Source: Candidatus Brocadiia bacterium (GTDB lineage Bacteria > Planctomycetota > Brocadiia > SM23-32). From it: a stretch of 64,000 bases of DNA. Numbering within the stretch: the first letter of the stretch is position 1; each line of letters starts with the position of its first letter. Both the position numbers and the translations under genes were made by a program. The stretch is from NCBI GenBank assembly GCA_046538485.1, contig JBKHIT010000002.1:59608-123607 (forward strand), in the 5' to 3' direction. Shown one piece after another: positions 1 through 9,708 of this stretch. A model generated the notes under the pieces. The model ran no database searches, was not told the DNA's origin, and saw only the letters and a program-made list of their open reading frames with translations.

Positions 1-813
<813 letters not shown>

Positions 814-1288
814 TTATTCAAGGCAAAATAGGCGCCGTTCGAGGGCGAAGGTCTATCAAAAGGACCCCAAAAAGTCAAATGATGTCCGCCCATTTGATGA
901 TTTGCCGCCGTACAGCTTGCAGAGCTTCCGCCCGTTTACAGACCCTCAGGCGGTTTTGCATAAATCTCCTGAGGTTTAGCAGAGAAGAGCAGCAGCGGCG
1001 TTTTTGTTGGTAGCGGCATTACTTCGCACGAAAACCAAAGTTGGATAGAGTCCAACTGTGGTTTGTATGGCTCAGGAATAGAAACGCTATTCTAAAGGCG
1101 AAAACGTTTGCGCACTTTTGCCGGATTGCATAACAGTGATTTTGAAGACCGTAACCCGTATAATGGCGGGCCGGGGAGAATTTCCGGCAATCACTTTTCA
1201 GAGACCTGAGATGTGTGGCACAAAGAGTGGTTCGAGGAGTTTGGGGGCGTTGATCATTTGACACCGGGTTTGTTAGAATTAAGTCATT

Positions 1289-1912
1289 ATGATGGTAAAA
1301 GTAAAAATCTGCGGGCTGACTAATGTGCGGGATGCGCGTTACGCGGTACGTAGAGGCGCCGACGCATTGGGTTTTAATTTTGTTCCCAGCAGTTCCCGTT
1401 TTGTCGAGCCATCGCGCGCGCAGGCGATCATATGCGAGTTGCCTCCCCTTGTTTCAAAAGTGGGAATATTTGTGGACGAAGATCCGGAGCGGATGAAAGA
1501 GATTGCGGAGAGCTGCGGACTGGATTACCTGCAATTGCACGGTCGAGAAAGCCCACGGGTTTGCAATAAACTGCGTGATTATAACGTGATCAAAGCACTC
1601 CGAATCCGCGATGAAGATGACGTTAAGAAGGCCGAACTTTATCGTGTAAGTGCATATTTGCTTGATGCCTACGTGGTAGGTCAGGAGGGTGGCACGGGGG
1701 AGACGTTCAACTGGGAACTTGCGCGCGCTGCGGCGCGGGGCGGCTACGTTATTTTAGCCGGGGGGCTCACGCCGCAAAATGTGCGAGCGGCCATCGAAGT
1801 GGCCCGACCATACGCTGTTGATGTGGCGAGTGGTGTGGAAGATGAATCCGGTGAAAAGTCGAAAGAATTGGTCGAAGCTTTCATTCGAAGGGCGAAAAGT
1901 ATCGATGTTTGA
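1289..1912 (+). CDS. trpF: N-(5'-phosphoribosyl)anthranilate isomerase
   Basis: 207 aa. KICGLT...GADALGFNFVPSSSRFV...YLQLHGRESP...LLDAYVVGQEGGTGETFNWELA...ILAGGLTPQNV is a typical PRAI (TrpF) TIM barrel. Confidence 0.85.
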   Translation: MMVKVKICGLTNVRDARYAVRRGADALGFNFVPSSSRFVEPSRAQAIICELPPLVSKVGIFVDEDPERMKEIAESCGLDYLQLHGRESPRVCNKLRDYNVIKALRIRDEDDVKKAELYRVSAYLLDAYVVGQEGGTGETFNWELARAAARGGYVILAGGLTPQNVRAAIEVARPYAVDVASGVEDESGEKSKELVEAFIRRAKSIDV

Positions 1913-3923
1913 AGCGAATCGTCTGAAAAAGAGCCCGACAGGTTTGTCGCCGAGAATAGCTCTTTTTGTCTTCAGTTTTCTGGTTTTTGGCTTGTTGTAT
2001 TTTGCAGAAGCTGGAGAACCGGATAATCTTCCCGGAATGGAGGCTACTGAGGAGCGGGGCAAAGATTCGCCAGAACTGGCGCGAAAAGTTAGGAGTTTGC
2101 AGAAGCGCCTGGAGCAAGTTGTTAAACAAAAAAGAAAATTATTGTTCCGGCATTCAGATTTGTATGCCCTGGCACGGTTGAAAGTAGAGAAGGCATCTAC
2201 CTTACTTGAACGATATTTGTCAGACACCTATCGGGACCGTTTAATCCAGGAAAACCTGGCTGCAGGGGAACAGATACTTGATGCGCTACTTAAAGGCAAA
2301 GCTCCGCCTCTTGAGAAACATGGGCGTCTGGAACGGGCATACCTGGCATTGAACGATATGTCGGCGCAACCGTATCAGCTGTACGTCCCGGAATCATACG
2401 ATGGGTCAAAACCGTATGGTCTGCTGATTTACCTGCATGGATATGCACGTGAACTGGGCAAAGAGAACTGGGTGCGTCTGATGTACGCGGATGTGATTGA
2501 CCAGTACGCGGAAAAAACGAATTGCATTATGCTGATGCCTTTTGCGCGAAGTAATACGGATTTTCAGGGGATCGGCGAAGACGATGTTTTGCGTGCGATA
2601 GACGAAGTAAAATCAGACTTCTCAATTGATGAGGACCGCGTCATTCTGGGGGGCTACTCGATGGGGGGGATGGGCGTTTGGACAATTGGAGGCCATTATC
2701 CCCACCTGTTCGCGGGGTTGTGGGCGATGAGTAGCCGGTCTGACTTTTATATGTGGAAAGATACCAAACCCGAGGAAATCGCCCCGTTCAAACGCAAACT
2801 GGCCGAGGGGGAATTCGGAGCGAATATGCTTGAAAATTACAGTAATCTGCCGATGCTTATGATGCATGGCAGCGAAGATTTCGGTATTCCCGTCGGGCAA
2901 TCCCGTACCATGTACAATCGTTTGAAACAGAAAGGAATGGACGTACAGTATACGGAGATAGAAGGTGAGGGGCATTACTTTTTTTATGATGAAACAAAAC
3001 CCCGGCCCCAGGCCGTGAAATGGCTCAAAAAAGTTGGTGGAAATGACCTGCCCAAAAAGTTTAGTTTTAAGACTTACAATTTAAAATACGACCTTGCGTA
3101 TTGGGCGAATTTGCTGGGTTTTGAAGATTGGAGCCGACCGGCCCGCGTTTCCTGCGAGCTGGAGACCGAAAATGCGCGCATCAGACTCAAGACCGAGAAC
3201 GTTATGGCGTTGCGTATCAGGCCGCCCGGCAGGTTGATTTCCCAAAAACAGGACCTGCAAATTGTCTGGAACGGGAAAAAATGCGATGTTGATCCGCAGG
3301 CGGATGGAAGTTTTGTGATCGGCTCTTACCCGGATGAGAAGGAAAGGGAAAAGAGCCTCTGGAAAACTCCCGATCTTTGTGGTCCGGTTCGTGAGGCGTT
3401 TACGGATCCCTTTATCATGGTCCACGCGGGACAGGAAACCCCGAGCTATCAGCTGGCGATAAGAACGGCCATCGACTGGATGCGTTTTGCAAAAGGTGTT
3501 CCCCAGGTGATACCGGCTTCCGAGGTGACTGAGAATTTGCTGAAGAGTCACAATCTATTTCTGTTTGGAACGCCCGCCGAGAACAAACTGACCAGGCAGA
3601 TAATGCCGGATTTGCCAATTACTATTGGTGAAAAAACGATTCAGGTGCGGGACCGGGAGTACGAAACCCAAAAATGCGGATTCTGGATGATTTATCCAAA
3701 CCCGTTATCCCCGGGTAATTACGTGGTTCTCAATGCGGGCATACCATGGGGCCAAAATCTTCCGTATAACCATAAATATGACTTAATACCCGATTTCATT
3801 GTGTATACCGATGAAGTAAGCGACGAAATTGAATGGTGCAATAAATATTTATGCGCCGGTTTTTTTGACCAGCGATGGCAGGTCAGCGAGAAGTCAATCT
3901 GGTTCTCTAAAGAACCCCGCTAA
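1905..3923 (+). CDS. Membrane-anchored or secreted alpha/beta-hydrolase (S9 peptidase / esterase-like) with a C-terminal extra domain
   Basis: A start at MFEANRL (ATG 1905, 8 bp overlap with trpF) is followed by a hydrophobic segment IALFVFSFLVFGLLYFA. The alpha/beta-hydrolase core shows YLHGYAREL, the nucleophile elbow GGYSMGG and MMHGSEDFGIPV. The ORF track start at 1779 lies inside trpF. Confidence 0.6.
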   Translation: MFEANRLKKSPTGLSPRIALFVFSFLVFGLLYFAEAGEPDNLPGMEATEERGKDSPELARKVRSLQKRLEQVVKQKRKLLFRHSDLYALARLKVEKASTLLERYLSDTYRDRLIQENLAAGEQILDALLKGKAPPLEKHGRLERAYLALNDMSAQPYQLYVPESYDGSKPYGLLIYLHGYARELGKENWVRLMYADVIDQYAEKTNCIMLMPFARSNTDFQGIGEDDVLRAIDEVKSDFSIDEDRVILGGYSMGGMGVWTIGGHYPHLFAGLWAMSSRSDFYMWKDTKPEEIAPFKRKLAEGEFGANMLENYSNLPMLMMHGSEDFGIPVGQSRTMYNRLKQKGMDVQYTEIEGEGHYFFYDETKPRPQAVKWLKKVGGNDLPKKFSFKTYNLKYDLAYWANLLGFEDWSRPARVSCELETENARIRLKTENVMALRIRPPGRLISQKQDLQIVWNGKKCDVDPQADGSFVIGSYPDEKEREKSLWKTPDLCGPVREAFTDPFIMVHAGQETPSYQLAIRTAIDWMRFAKGVPQVIPASEVTENLLKSHNLFLFGTPAENKLTRQIMPDLPITIGEKTIQVRDREYETQKCGFWMIYPNPLSPGNYVVLNAGIPWGQNLPYNHKYDLIPDFIVYTDEVSDEIEWCNKYLCAGFFDQRWQVSEKSIWFSKEPR

Positions 3924-3958
3924 AAGGGACCGAGGGACCAACGGATGAGAGGTCTGAG

Positions 3959-4966
3959 ATGATTGTTCGTAAAAATGGATGCGCAAGGGCCGGGTTGGTC
4001 GGCAACCCTTCAGATGGCTATAACGGCAAGACAATCGCTTTCACGTTCCGCAACTTTCAGGCGGAAGTTACGCTGTGGGAAAGTCCTGATCTCGAATTGC
4101 GACCGGCTCCTCAGGACCGCGCAGTTTTCGATAGCGTTGAGCATTTGACCGAAAGCGTCCAGCGCACGGGGTATTACGGTGGGGTTCGGCTGATGAAAGC
4201 TGCCGTAACAAAGTTTGCTGAATATTGTGAGCGTAAAGGCATCGAACTCCCCCGGCGCAATTTCACTATGCGGTACAGCACAAACATACCCCGCCAGGTG
4301 GGTCTTGGCGGATCCAGCGCAATCATTACAGCCGCTATGCAGGCATTGCTGGGATTCTACGGGGTCGATATCATGGATCACTGGTTGCCTAATGTGGTTC
4401 TCTCCGCGGAGACCGAAGAATTGGGTTTGACTGCGGGGCTTCAGGACCGGGTTGCGCAGGCCTATCAGGGCGTAGTTTATATGGATTTTGGCAAAGAATA
4501 TATGAAGCAACATGGTTACGGACTTTACGAAAGGTTATCGGCGGAGGCATTGCCGCCGCTCTATATTGCCTACCGTACGGATTTGAGTGAGGAAAGTGAC
4601 CAGGCTCATATACGTGTCCGGGAACGCTACGATATGGGCGAAGAAAAAGTCATTGAAACAATGGACAAGATCGCTTCACTGGCGGACGAAGCACGCGAGG
4701 CTTTGCAGGCAGGACGAACTGAAGATCTGCCTGAGATGATCGACCGCAATTTCGACCTGCGGAGCGAAATATACCCGATCAGCGAGGCGAACATGGAAAT
4801 GGTCCGAAGGGCAAGGGAGACGGGTGCATCGTGCAAGTTTTGCGGATCGGGCGGCGCGGTCGTCGGCACTTTCGACGGTCAAAAAAATGTTGAAGAATTG
4901 CGTCGAACGATGGAAGAAGGTGGCTACAGATTTGTCCTCCCGGAAATCGTCGGGCCCGGTGAGTGA
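3959..4966 (+). CDS. GHMP-family sugar kinase
   Basis: An N-terminal ARAGLVGNPSDGYNG motif and a GLGGSSAIITAAMQAL phosphate-binding motif are characteristic of GHMP kinases. Specific substrate is unknown. Confidence 0.6.
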   Translation: MIVRKNGCARAGLVGNPSDGYNGKTIAFTFRNFQAEVTLWESPDLELRPAPQDRAVFDSVEHLTESVQRTGYYGGVRLMKAAVTKFAEYCERKGIELPRRNFTMRYSTNIPRQVGLGGSSAIITAAMQALLGFYGVDIMDHWLPNVVLSAETEELGLTAGLQDRVAQAYQGVVYMDFGKEYMKQHGYGLYERLSAEALPPLYIAYRTDLSEESDQAHIRVRERYDMGEEKVIETMDKIASLADEAREALQAGRTEDLPEMIDRNFDLRSEIYPISEANMEMVRRARETGASCKFCGSGGAVVGTFDGQKNVEELRRTMEEGGYRFVLPEIVGPGE

Positions 4967-5025
4967 ACAGGCCAAACTTCTCGCGGAAACGCACGGCTGT
5001 TACTGAAATCAATTTTCAGGTATCA

Positions 5026-7503
5026 CTAGTTTTCTGCCAGCCACATTATAAGCAAACCAGCGCAGCCGTAGAGGACAGCTCCGAGTAACATCACGTTTGT
5101 CAGACCCGTCCCGGTGGCAAGCAATACCCCGATAGGCGGACCTGCAACCGAAGCAAATCCGTTGACTGCCCATGCCCACGGGATGTACTCCGGTCGTCTC
5201 GCACGCAGGCACGCTATTCCGCTCGGGAAAAAACATCCCATTAGCGTTGCCAGGGGAGCGATTAAGACGATTGCAGTGGTTAAGCGTGCGAGAACAGGCC
5301 ATCCGGCAGCAAAGGCAAAAATTGGCCCCAGGGTCAGTACGAGTCCTATGCTCATAAAAATGATTGCCGCGGAGGCTGACATGACCGTGTGAGGTGGGGC
5401 AAGCGGACTTCGCCCGCTCAGCCAGCTTCCCAAACCGGTAAAAAAAAGGAAAATACTCAAAACCAAACCGGCCGACAATATCGGGTCCCCGAGAAAATGC
5501 GTAAAGCGAATGATCAGGGTCATCTCAAGCACCATGAAGGTTATTCCAAGGGTCAGAAAATAGAGCAGCGTTGGAATCCGGAAACCGGAAGGAAATTTGA
5601 TCTGACGGGAAATAAGCAGCGGCAAAACAATCAATATCCCGCCGACCACGATGACTTCTATCAGAACTGCTACAACAGCGACGTAGCCAGGTTCGGAACG
5701 TCTGAACCAGCTTCGACTGTAAACCCGACGAAACTTCGAGATGCTCTCCCAGCGGAAGAAATTATGGAAATAGGGGCGGTCGTCGGTAGGGACTTCAACG
5801 TTATAAATGTAGTCGCTTAGAAATTGTGCCCGATCGGCCGAGAAAATCTTTCTGGCGGCGTGATGAAGATAGGAATAGGATTTGCCCGGGGGGCCGGGCA
5901 CCCGGGCGTATTGCTGGGCGGAGTCGCCCCCGTCGATCGGTAACCAGGGGGTGTCCAGCTGGAGTTCCGCAGCGGTTTGTTTCAGTCGGGCGTATCTATT
6001 GGCCCCAAAGGGTTTTCGTGAGACGAGGGTGCAAACGGCCAGATAGTTCCGGAGCTGGACGATATGTTGCGCGGGATGACTGCAGCCCCCGGCTTCCAGA
6101 GCCGAGACAAAGGTATTCAGAAGTTTGATGTTTCCACGCGGGGGAGATTGTTTTTGTCGTGTGACGGAAATAACCCCCTCGGGAGACAAATGTTTCAAAC
6201 AAAGTTGGAAACTTTCCCGGGTGAGCAAGAAATCTTCGTGAACGGACAAAAGCCCAGCTACACCTGCGGTCATCCCTTCAGCCCCCGCCAGCTGGATAAT
6301 ATCATAGGTCCGGTCTGTCTGCTCGAGAAAAAGCCGCGGATCGCGCGTAATGACCTCAACGTTTTGCTGCTGAAAGACATGGCCCATAGGTTCCGCAAGC
6401 GACCCATACCACATTTCTACCAGCTGCGGGTTGCGCTGGACCACGGTTATCCGAGAGGCGTCCCAGCGTTTTGCGAGCCACACATTTGTCCCGTCAGTTT
6501 CACCAAGTAACAGCACCCGGGGCTTCTCGATCAGGCGGTGCGCCACGCTCATCGGCGTGTGATCGAGTAACGGGGCCTGAGACGCTTTTCTAATCTTTAG
6601 AGAAACTCCCCATGGAGAAGCATCACGATACAATCGCAGTTGAGGCGTGTCTCGTTCCGGAGCGGGAGCTGTCCACCCGGCGAAAAGGGTAAAAGGCGAT
6701 GTCGTTGTTTCATAGATATCGATGCGTGCGCGTGGGCCAGGGCGGGTAGCGATGTGCTTCGCGTCGGACTGTTTCTCCCACCGACGCGCGGTTGCCAACC
6801 CTTTGTAAGTATCGATTCGCAAATTGAGCCTTTGGACGACCGGCATACACACGATTGCGGTCCCGGCAAGGAGAGGCCACAGAACCGGCCAGAGTGCGGA
6901 ATCGGTCTGTTTGAGGTCATGGAATCTCCACAGCACGGCAGCCAGAAGTGCCAGAAGAGAGACGACGTAGATGAGCTTGACTTCCGGCATCAGGAACATT
7001 ATGGGAAGAATCAAAAGCCCACCGGCGCCGCTCCCGAAGAGGTTGGCCGCATAAACGAGATGTACTTTCTCTTTGAGGTGGGTCAATGAAAGACCGATGA
7101 CTATGCCGCCGATGAAAAAGGGCAGACTGAGAGCAACGTGGTAGAGCATCAGAAATCCCGCCTGTTCCCAGCTGTAGAGGACATACCGGACATCAAGCGG
7201 CAGTGCCTGGATGGTGTGGAAAGAGAGTGGGACTGCAACGGCAAGAGCAGATGTCAATGCCGTACACCACGTGGCAAAACGGCGTTCAAGTCGGTGTCCG
7301 ATGAAGGTAAGCAGTGTTCCGCTGGCCCCGAAGCCGATGAGTGATGTGCTGATTACGAGGTAGGCAAAATGATGGAACGTTGCGACCGATAGACACCGCA
7401 TCAGGACCAATTCGAGGGCGATGACCGCGCTTGAGATGAGAAAAACAGCGGCAGCTGCCGGCAAAATCCCCGTTATTCCGCTCTCGGATATCTTTTTTTG
7501 CAC
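5026..7503 (-). CDS. Polytopic membrane protein with an embedded spermidine-synthase-like (class I methyltransferase fold) domain
   Basis: 825 aa. Many transmembrane helices at both ends flank a central VLLLGETDGTNVW...IIQLAGAEGMTAGVAGLLSVHEDFLLTRESFQLCLKHLSPEGVISV, which resembles the spermidine-synthase / PABS fold. Its start lies 4 bp from the pcm stop, so the two form an operon. Confidence 0.6.
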   Translation of the reverse strand: MQKKISESGITGILPAAAAVFLISSAVIALELVLMRCLSVATFHHFAYLVISTSLIGFGASGTLLTFIGHRLERRFATWCTALTSALAVAVPLSFHTIQALPLDVRYVLYSWEQAGFLMLYHVALSLPFFIGGIVIGLSLTHLKEKVHLVYAANLFGSGAGGLLILPIMFLMPEVKLIYVVSLLALLAAVLWRFHDLKQTDSALWPVLWPLLAGTAIVCMPVVQRLNLRIDTYKGLATARRWEKQSDAKHIATRPGPRARIDIYETTTSPFTLFAGWTAPAPERDTPQLRLYRDASPWGVSLKIRKASQAPLLDHTPMSVAHRLIEKPRVLLLGETDGTNVWLAKRWDASRITVVQRNPQLVEMWYGSLAEPMGHVFQQQNVEVITRDPRLFLEQTDRTYDIIQLAGAEGMTAGVAGLLSVHEDFLLTRESFQLCLKHLSPEGVISVTRQKQSPPRGNIKLLNTFVSALEAGGCSHPAQHIVQLRNYLAVCTLVSRKPFGANRYARLKQTAAELQLDTPWLPIDGGDSAQQYARVPGPPGKSYSYLHHAARKIFSADRAQFLSDYIYNVEVPTDDRPYFHNFFRWESISKFRRVYSRSWFRRSEPGYVAVVAVLIEVIVVGGILIVLPLLISRQIKFPSGFRIPTLLYFLTLGITFMVLEMTLIIRFTHFLGDPILSAGLVLSIFLFFTGLGSWLSGRSPLAPPHTVMSASAAIIFMSIGLVLTLGPIFAFAAGWPVLARLTTAIVLIAPLATLMGCFFPSGIACLRARRPEYIPWAWAVNGFASVAGPPIGVLLATGTGLTNVMLLGAVLYGCAGLLIMWLAEN

Positions 7504-7507
7504 GCGT

Positions 7508-8473
7508 TCACCGGCCTTCTTGTGCTCGACCCGTCATTGGCACGAAACGAACGGCCATCAATTCCTGCGACCGTATTCGCCCTTCGGCGTTCTTCCGAAC
7601 TTTTATGAGCGACTGAGTTTCATAGACGCTGCCAACCGGGATTACCATGTGTCCGCCGGGGGCGAGTTGTTTGAGCAACGGGGGAGGTATATGGCCAGCG
7701 CTGCACGTCACGATAATGGCATCAAACGGTGCATGTTCTTCCCAGGCAAAATACCCGTCTCCCTGTTTTGACTTCACATTTCGGTATCCCAAACGCTTGA
7801 GCCTTTTACTTGCTTGCACGGCCAGCTCTTTGATGATTTCGATGGTATAAACTTTAGACGTAATTTCGGCGAGAACAGCCGCTTGATATCCGCTTCCCGT
7901 CCCTATTTCGAGGACTTTTTCGCCAGGTTCAAGCTCAAGCTGCTCTGTCATGTAGGCGACGATATACGGCTGGGAGATGGTCTGGCCATGTCCTATCGGC
8001 AGGGGGCTATCGCCGTAGGCGTTGCCTGACATCCCCTCTGAAACAAAAGCATGCCGCGGGACTCGACGCATTGCCTGCAGCACTGTTTTGTCAGTAACCC
8101 CACGGCTTTCGATTTGCTCAGTGACCATGCGGCGGCGCTCGTCGGTGCGCTCGCTGAAGGCGGGGGGAGTTTCCGCGGATTTTTGATCGGTTTCCCTTTT
8201 TCCCTGCTGGGGACCGGGCTGGTCGAGGGGAGCCTCAGAAACCGGTGGTTGTTTGACGGGGCGGTTGCGGCTCTGTTCCGGGGGGTTGGGCGGTCGCCCG
8301 GAAGGTTGTCCCAGAGCTAACCAGAGAATGCCGACAATCAGAAAAGTCGCTACCACTGCAGCCACAGCTAACAGTAACAGTCTGGCCGGTTTGGTCGGAG
8401 TTTCGTTCACCGTTTGCGCTCCGTAATCCCGGTAAAAATGGGTTGCCCGTTCCGCGACCCGCCACATGTCCAT
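7508..8473 (-). CDS. pcm: Protein-L-isoaspartate O-methyltransferase with an N-terminal transmembrane anchor and a Pro-rich linker
   Basis: The C-terminal ~210 aa read VTDKTVLQAMRRVPRHAFV...GHGQTISQPYIVAYMTEQLELEPGEKVLEIGTGSGYQAAVLAEI...FDAIIVTCSAGHIPPPLLKQLAPGGHMVIPVG, a canonical PIMT. The N-terminus carries a transmembrane helix LLLLAVAAVVATFLIVGILWLAL and a P/Q-rich linker. The start is taken at MDMWRV (8473); the ORF could extend to 8608. Confidence 0.8.
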   Translation of the reverse strand: MDMWRVAERATHFYRDYGAQTVNETPTKPARLLLLAVAAVVATFLIVGILWLALGQPSGRPPNPPEQSRNRPVKQPPVSEAPLDQPGPQQGKRETDQKSAETPPAFSERTDERRRMVTEQIESRGVTDKTVLQAMRRVPRHAFVSEGMSGNAYGDSPLPIGHGQTISQPYIVAYMTEQLELEPGEKVLEIGTGSGYQAAVLAEITSKVYTIEIIKELAVQASKRLKRLGYRNVKSKQGDGYFAWEEHAPFDAIIVTCSAGHIPPPLLKQLAPGGHMVIPVGSVYETQSLIKVRKNAEGRIRSQELMAVRFVPMTGRAQEGR

Positions 8474-8930
8474 GATAAACGTGGGGAAAGAGGGTTGCAA
8501 GGTTGTCGTAATATAAACCTCATCTTTTGGTGTCAATGATTCTGTCGGCTTGCAACCCGGCTTTTCGCCCGCGCATCCTGCAGGCTCCAGTCCAGCTGAG
8601 CCCGCCACTCAGCGGGCGAAGCGTGACTTGAGGCGGACAAATGCCGGGAAATGGGCCACCAGGGGACGGGATAAAAGGGTATATAGGCGGCAGAAAAAGT
8701 TCTGGCCTCGGCCGCCCTGTGCTGGTGGGGGCAACGGAGGTGTGGCGGTTCGGCTGACAGACGCATGTAGCACAGGCTCTCCAGCGTGTGGACCGGGTCG
8801 TCAGACCCGGAGTCGTTGTCGTTTGTTACGGAACGGAATATTTGGCGTGGCGGACAATCGTATCAGCACCGGTTTGTGCATGAACCCCGCCGGCACATCC
8901 GGCTACGGAGTGCGGCGACCGCGAGTCGCG

Positions 8931-9168
8931 GTGGACTACCTGGAAAGGGGTATACCAATGCCAGTGATATTTAAAAATGGCAGGCACCTCTGCCCAACGA
9001 ATCCCCCACAGGGGGCGCCGCTGTGCCGTTGTCTTTCGTCGTTTTGTGGTGGACTACCTGGAAGCGGGATGCCAATCCAATGATATTTCAAAATGGCAGC
9101 CACGTCTGCCCCCAACGAATCCCCCCACAGGGGCCACCGCTTTGCCGTTTGTCTTCCGTCGTTTTGTG
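8931..9168. repeat. Tandem direct repeat, 2 copies of ~119 bp (8931-9048 and 9049-9168), roughly 85% identical
   Basis: Both units begin GTGGACTACCTGGAA[A/G]GGG...ATGCCA...TGATATTT[A/C]AAAATGGCAG[G/C]CAC[C/G]TCTGCCC...AACGAATCCCCC..ACAGGGG.C.CCGCT.TGCCGTT.GTCTT.CGTCGTTTTGTGG. They sit in a ~1.2 kb gene-free interval. Confidence 0.8.
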
Positions 9169-9407
9169 GCGGGCCTTCAGCCCACTTTTTTCCCAATGCA
9201 CACCTGTACCCCAGGGCTCCGAGGGCTTTCAGCCGTCTGCACCACGGGCTATTATATACTGCCCTTTCAGGGCATGAGACGGCAGGGCGCGCTCGGCGAT
9301 CACGCCCTGCATGTATGCGGCATCCCGGATACGTGAGGGCCCGGTGGGTTCTGGGAAATGTTCCGGGGCGGTGAACTGTTGCTATCCGGGAAAATGCTAA
9401 AGAACTG

Positions 9408-9452
9408 TAGGTCCGCATCGCCGAGGCGGAGCTGCCGTTGGTTGTTTTGCTA
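9408..9452. repeat. Copy A of a ~45 bp intergenic motif also present at 41308-41352
   Basis: Copy A is gtAGGTCCGCATCGcCGAGGCGGagctGCCGttGGTtGTtttGC and copy B is gcAGGTCCGCATCGaCGAGGCGGgcccGCCGgtGGTcGTgtGC. They share a 23-nt near-identical core followed by a similar GCCG..GGT.GT..GC tail. Confidence 0.6.
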
Positions 9453-9708
9453 TTTTGCTCCGAGACCTGCAGGTTTGTGCACCGCGTGCTGAACTCCAGC
9501 CTCCGGCTGAAGTCCAGTCCGCTCGCGGGTCCGGGCCCGCTTGCAAATCCGCCGGGGTTGTTTGGACGGAAAGCGCGAACCCCTTGTCCTTTCCGTCGCT
9601 TTGGTCCCTTACGTCCGTTTTTTTACGGGCTTCCCGGAAGCAAGGCACAGTTGAGTTATGGGAGAGATTTCCTATAATCATTTCAAACTGCTCAAAGGAG
9701 GTCTGAAG

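Noticed and set aside
5389-5820. 143-aa plus-strand ORF
   Set aside because: It is embedded antisense in the polytopic membrane-protein gene (5026-7503). It is Lys/Gln-rich low-complexity.
8605-8640. CCCGCCACTCAGCGGG resembling the cobalamin-riboswitch B12 box (GCCACTG)
   Set aside because: It has one mismatch in the core. The other conserved B12-element blocks (GGTG…AATCC…) are absent nearby. It is about 1 kb from the downstream gene and is more simply a local hairpin.
8931-9168. Possible CRISPR array or tRNA-like element in the repeat
   Set aside because: The two 119-bp units are directly adjacent with no spacers, so this is not a CRISPR array. The AACGAATCC segment superficially resembles a tRNA T-loop (GTTCGAATC), but no acceptor-stem, D-arm or anticodon cloverleaf can be drawn.
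8550-9418. ORFs overlapping the tandem repeat (e.g. 8550-9083 plus, 8936-9418 minus)
   Set aside because: Their translations are low-complexity (Pro/Arg/Gly/Cys-rich) and are internally repeated only because the DNA is repeated. There is no ribosome-binding site or family resemblance.
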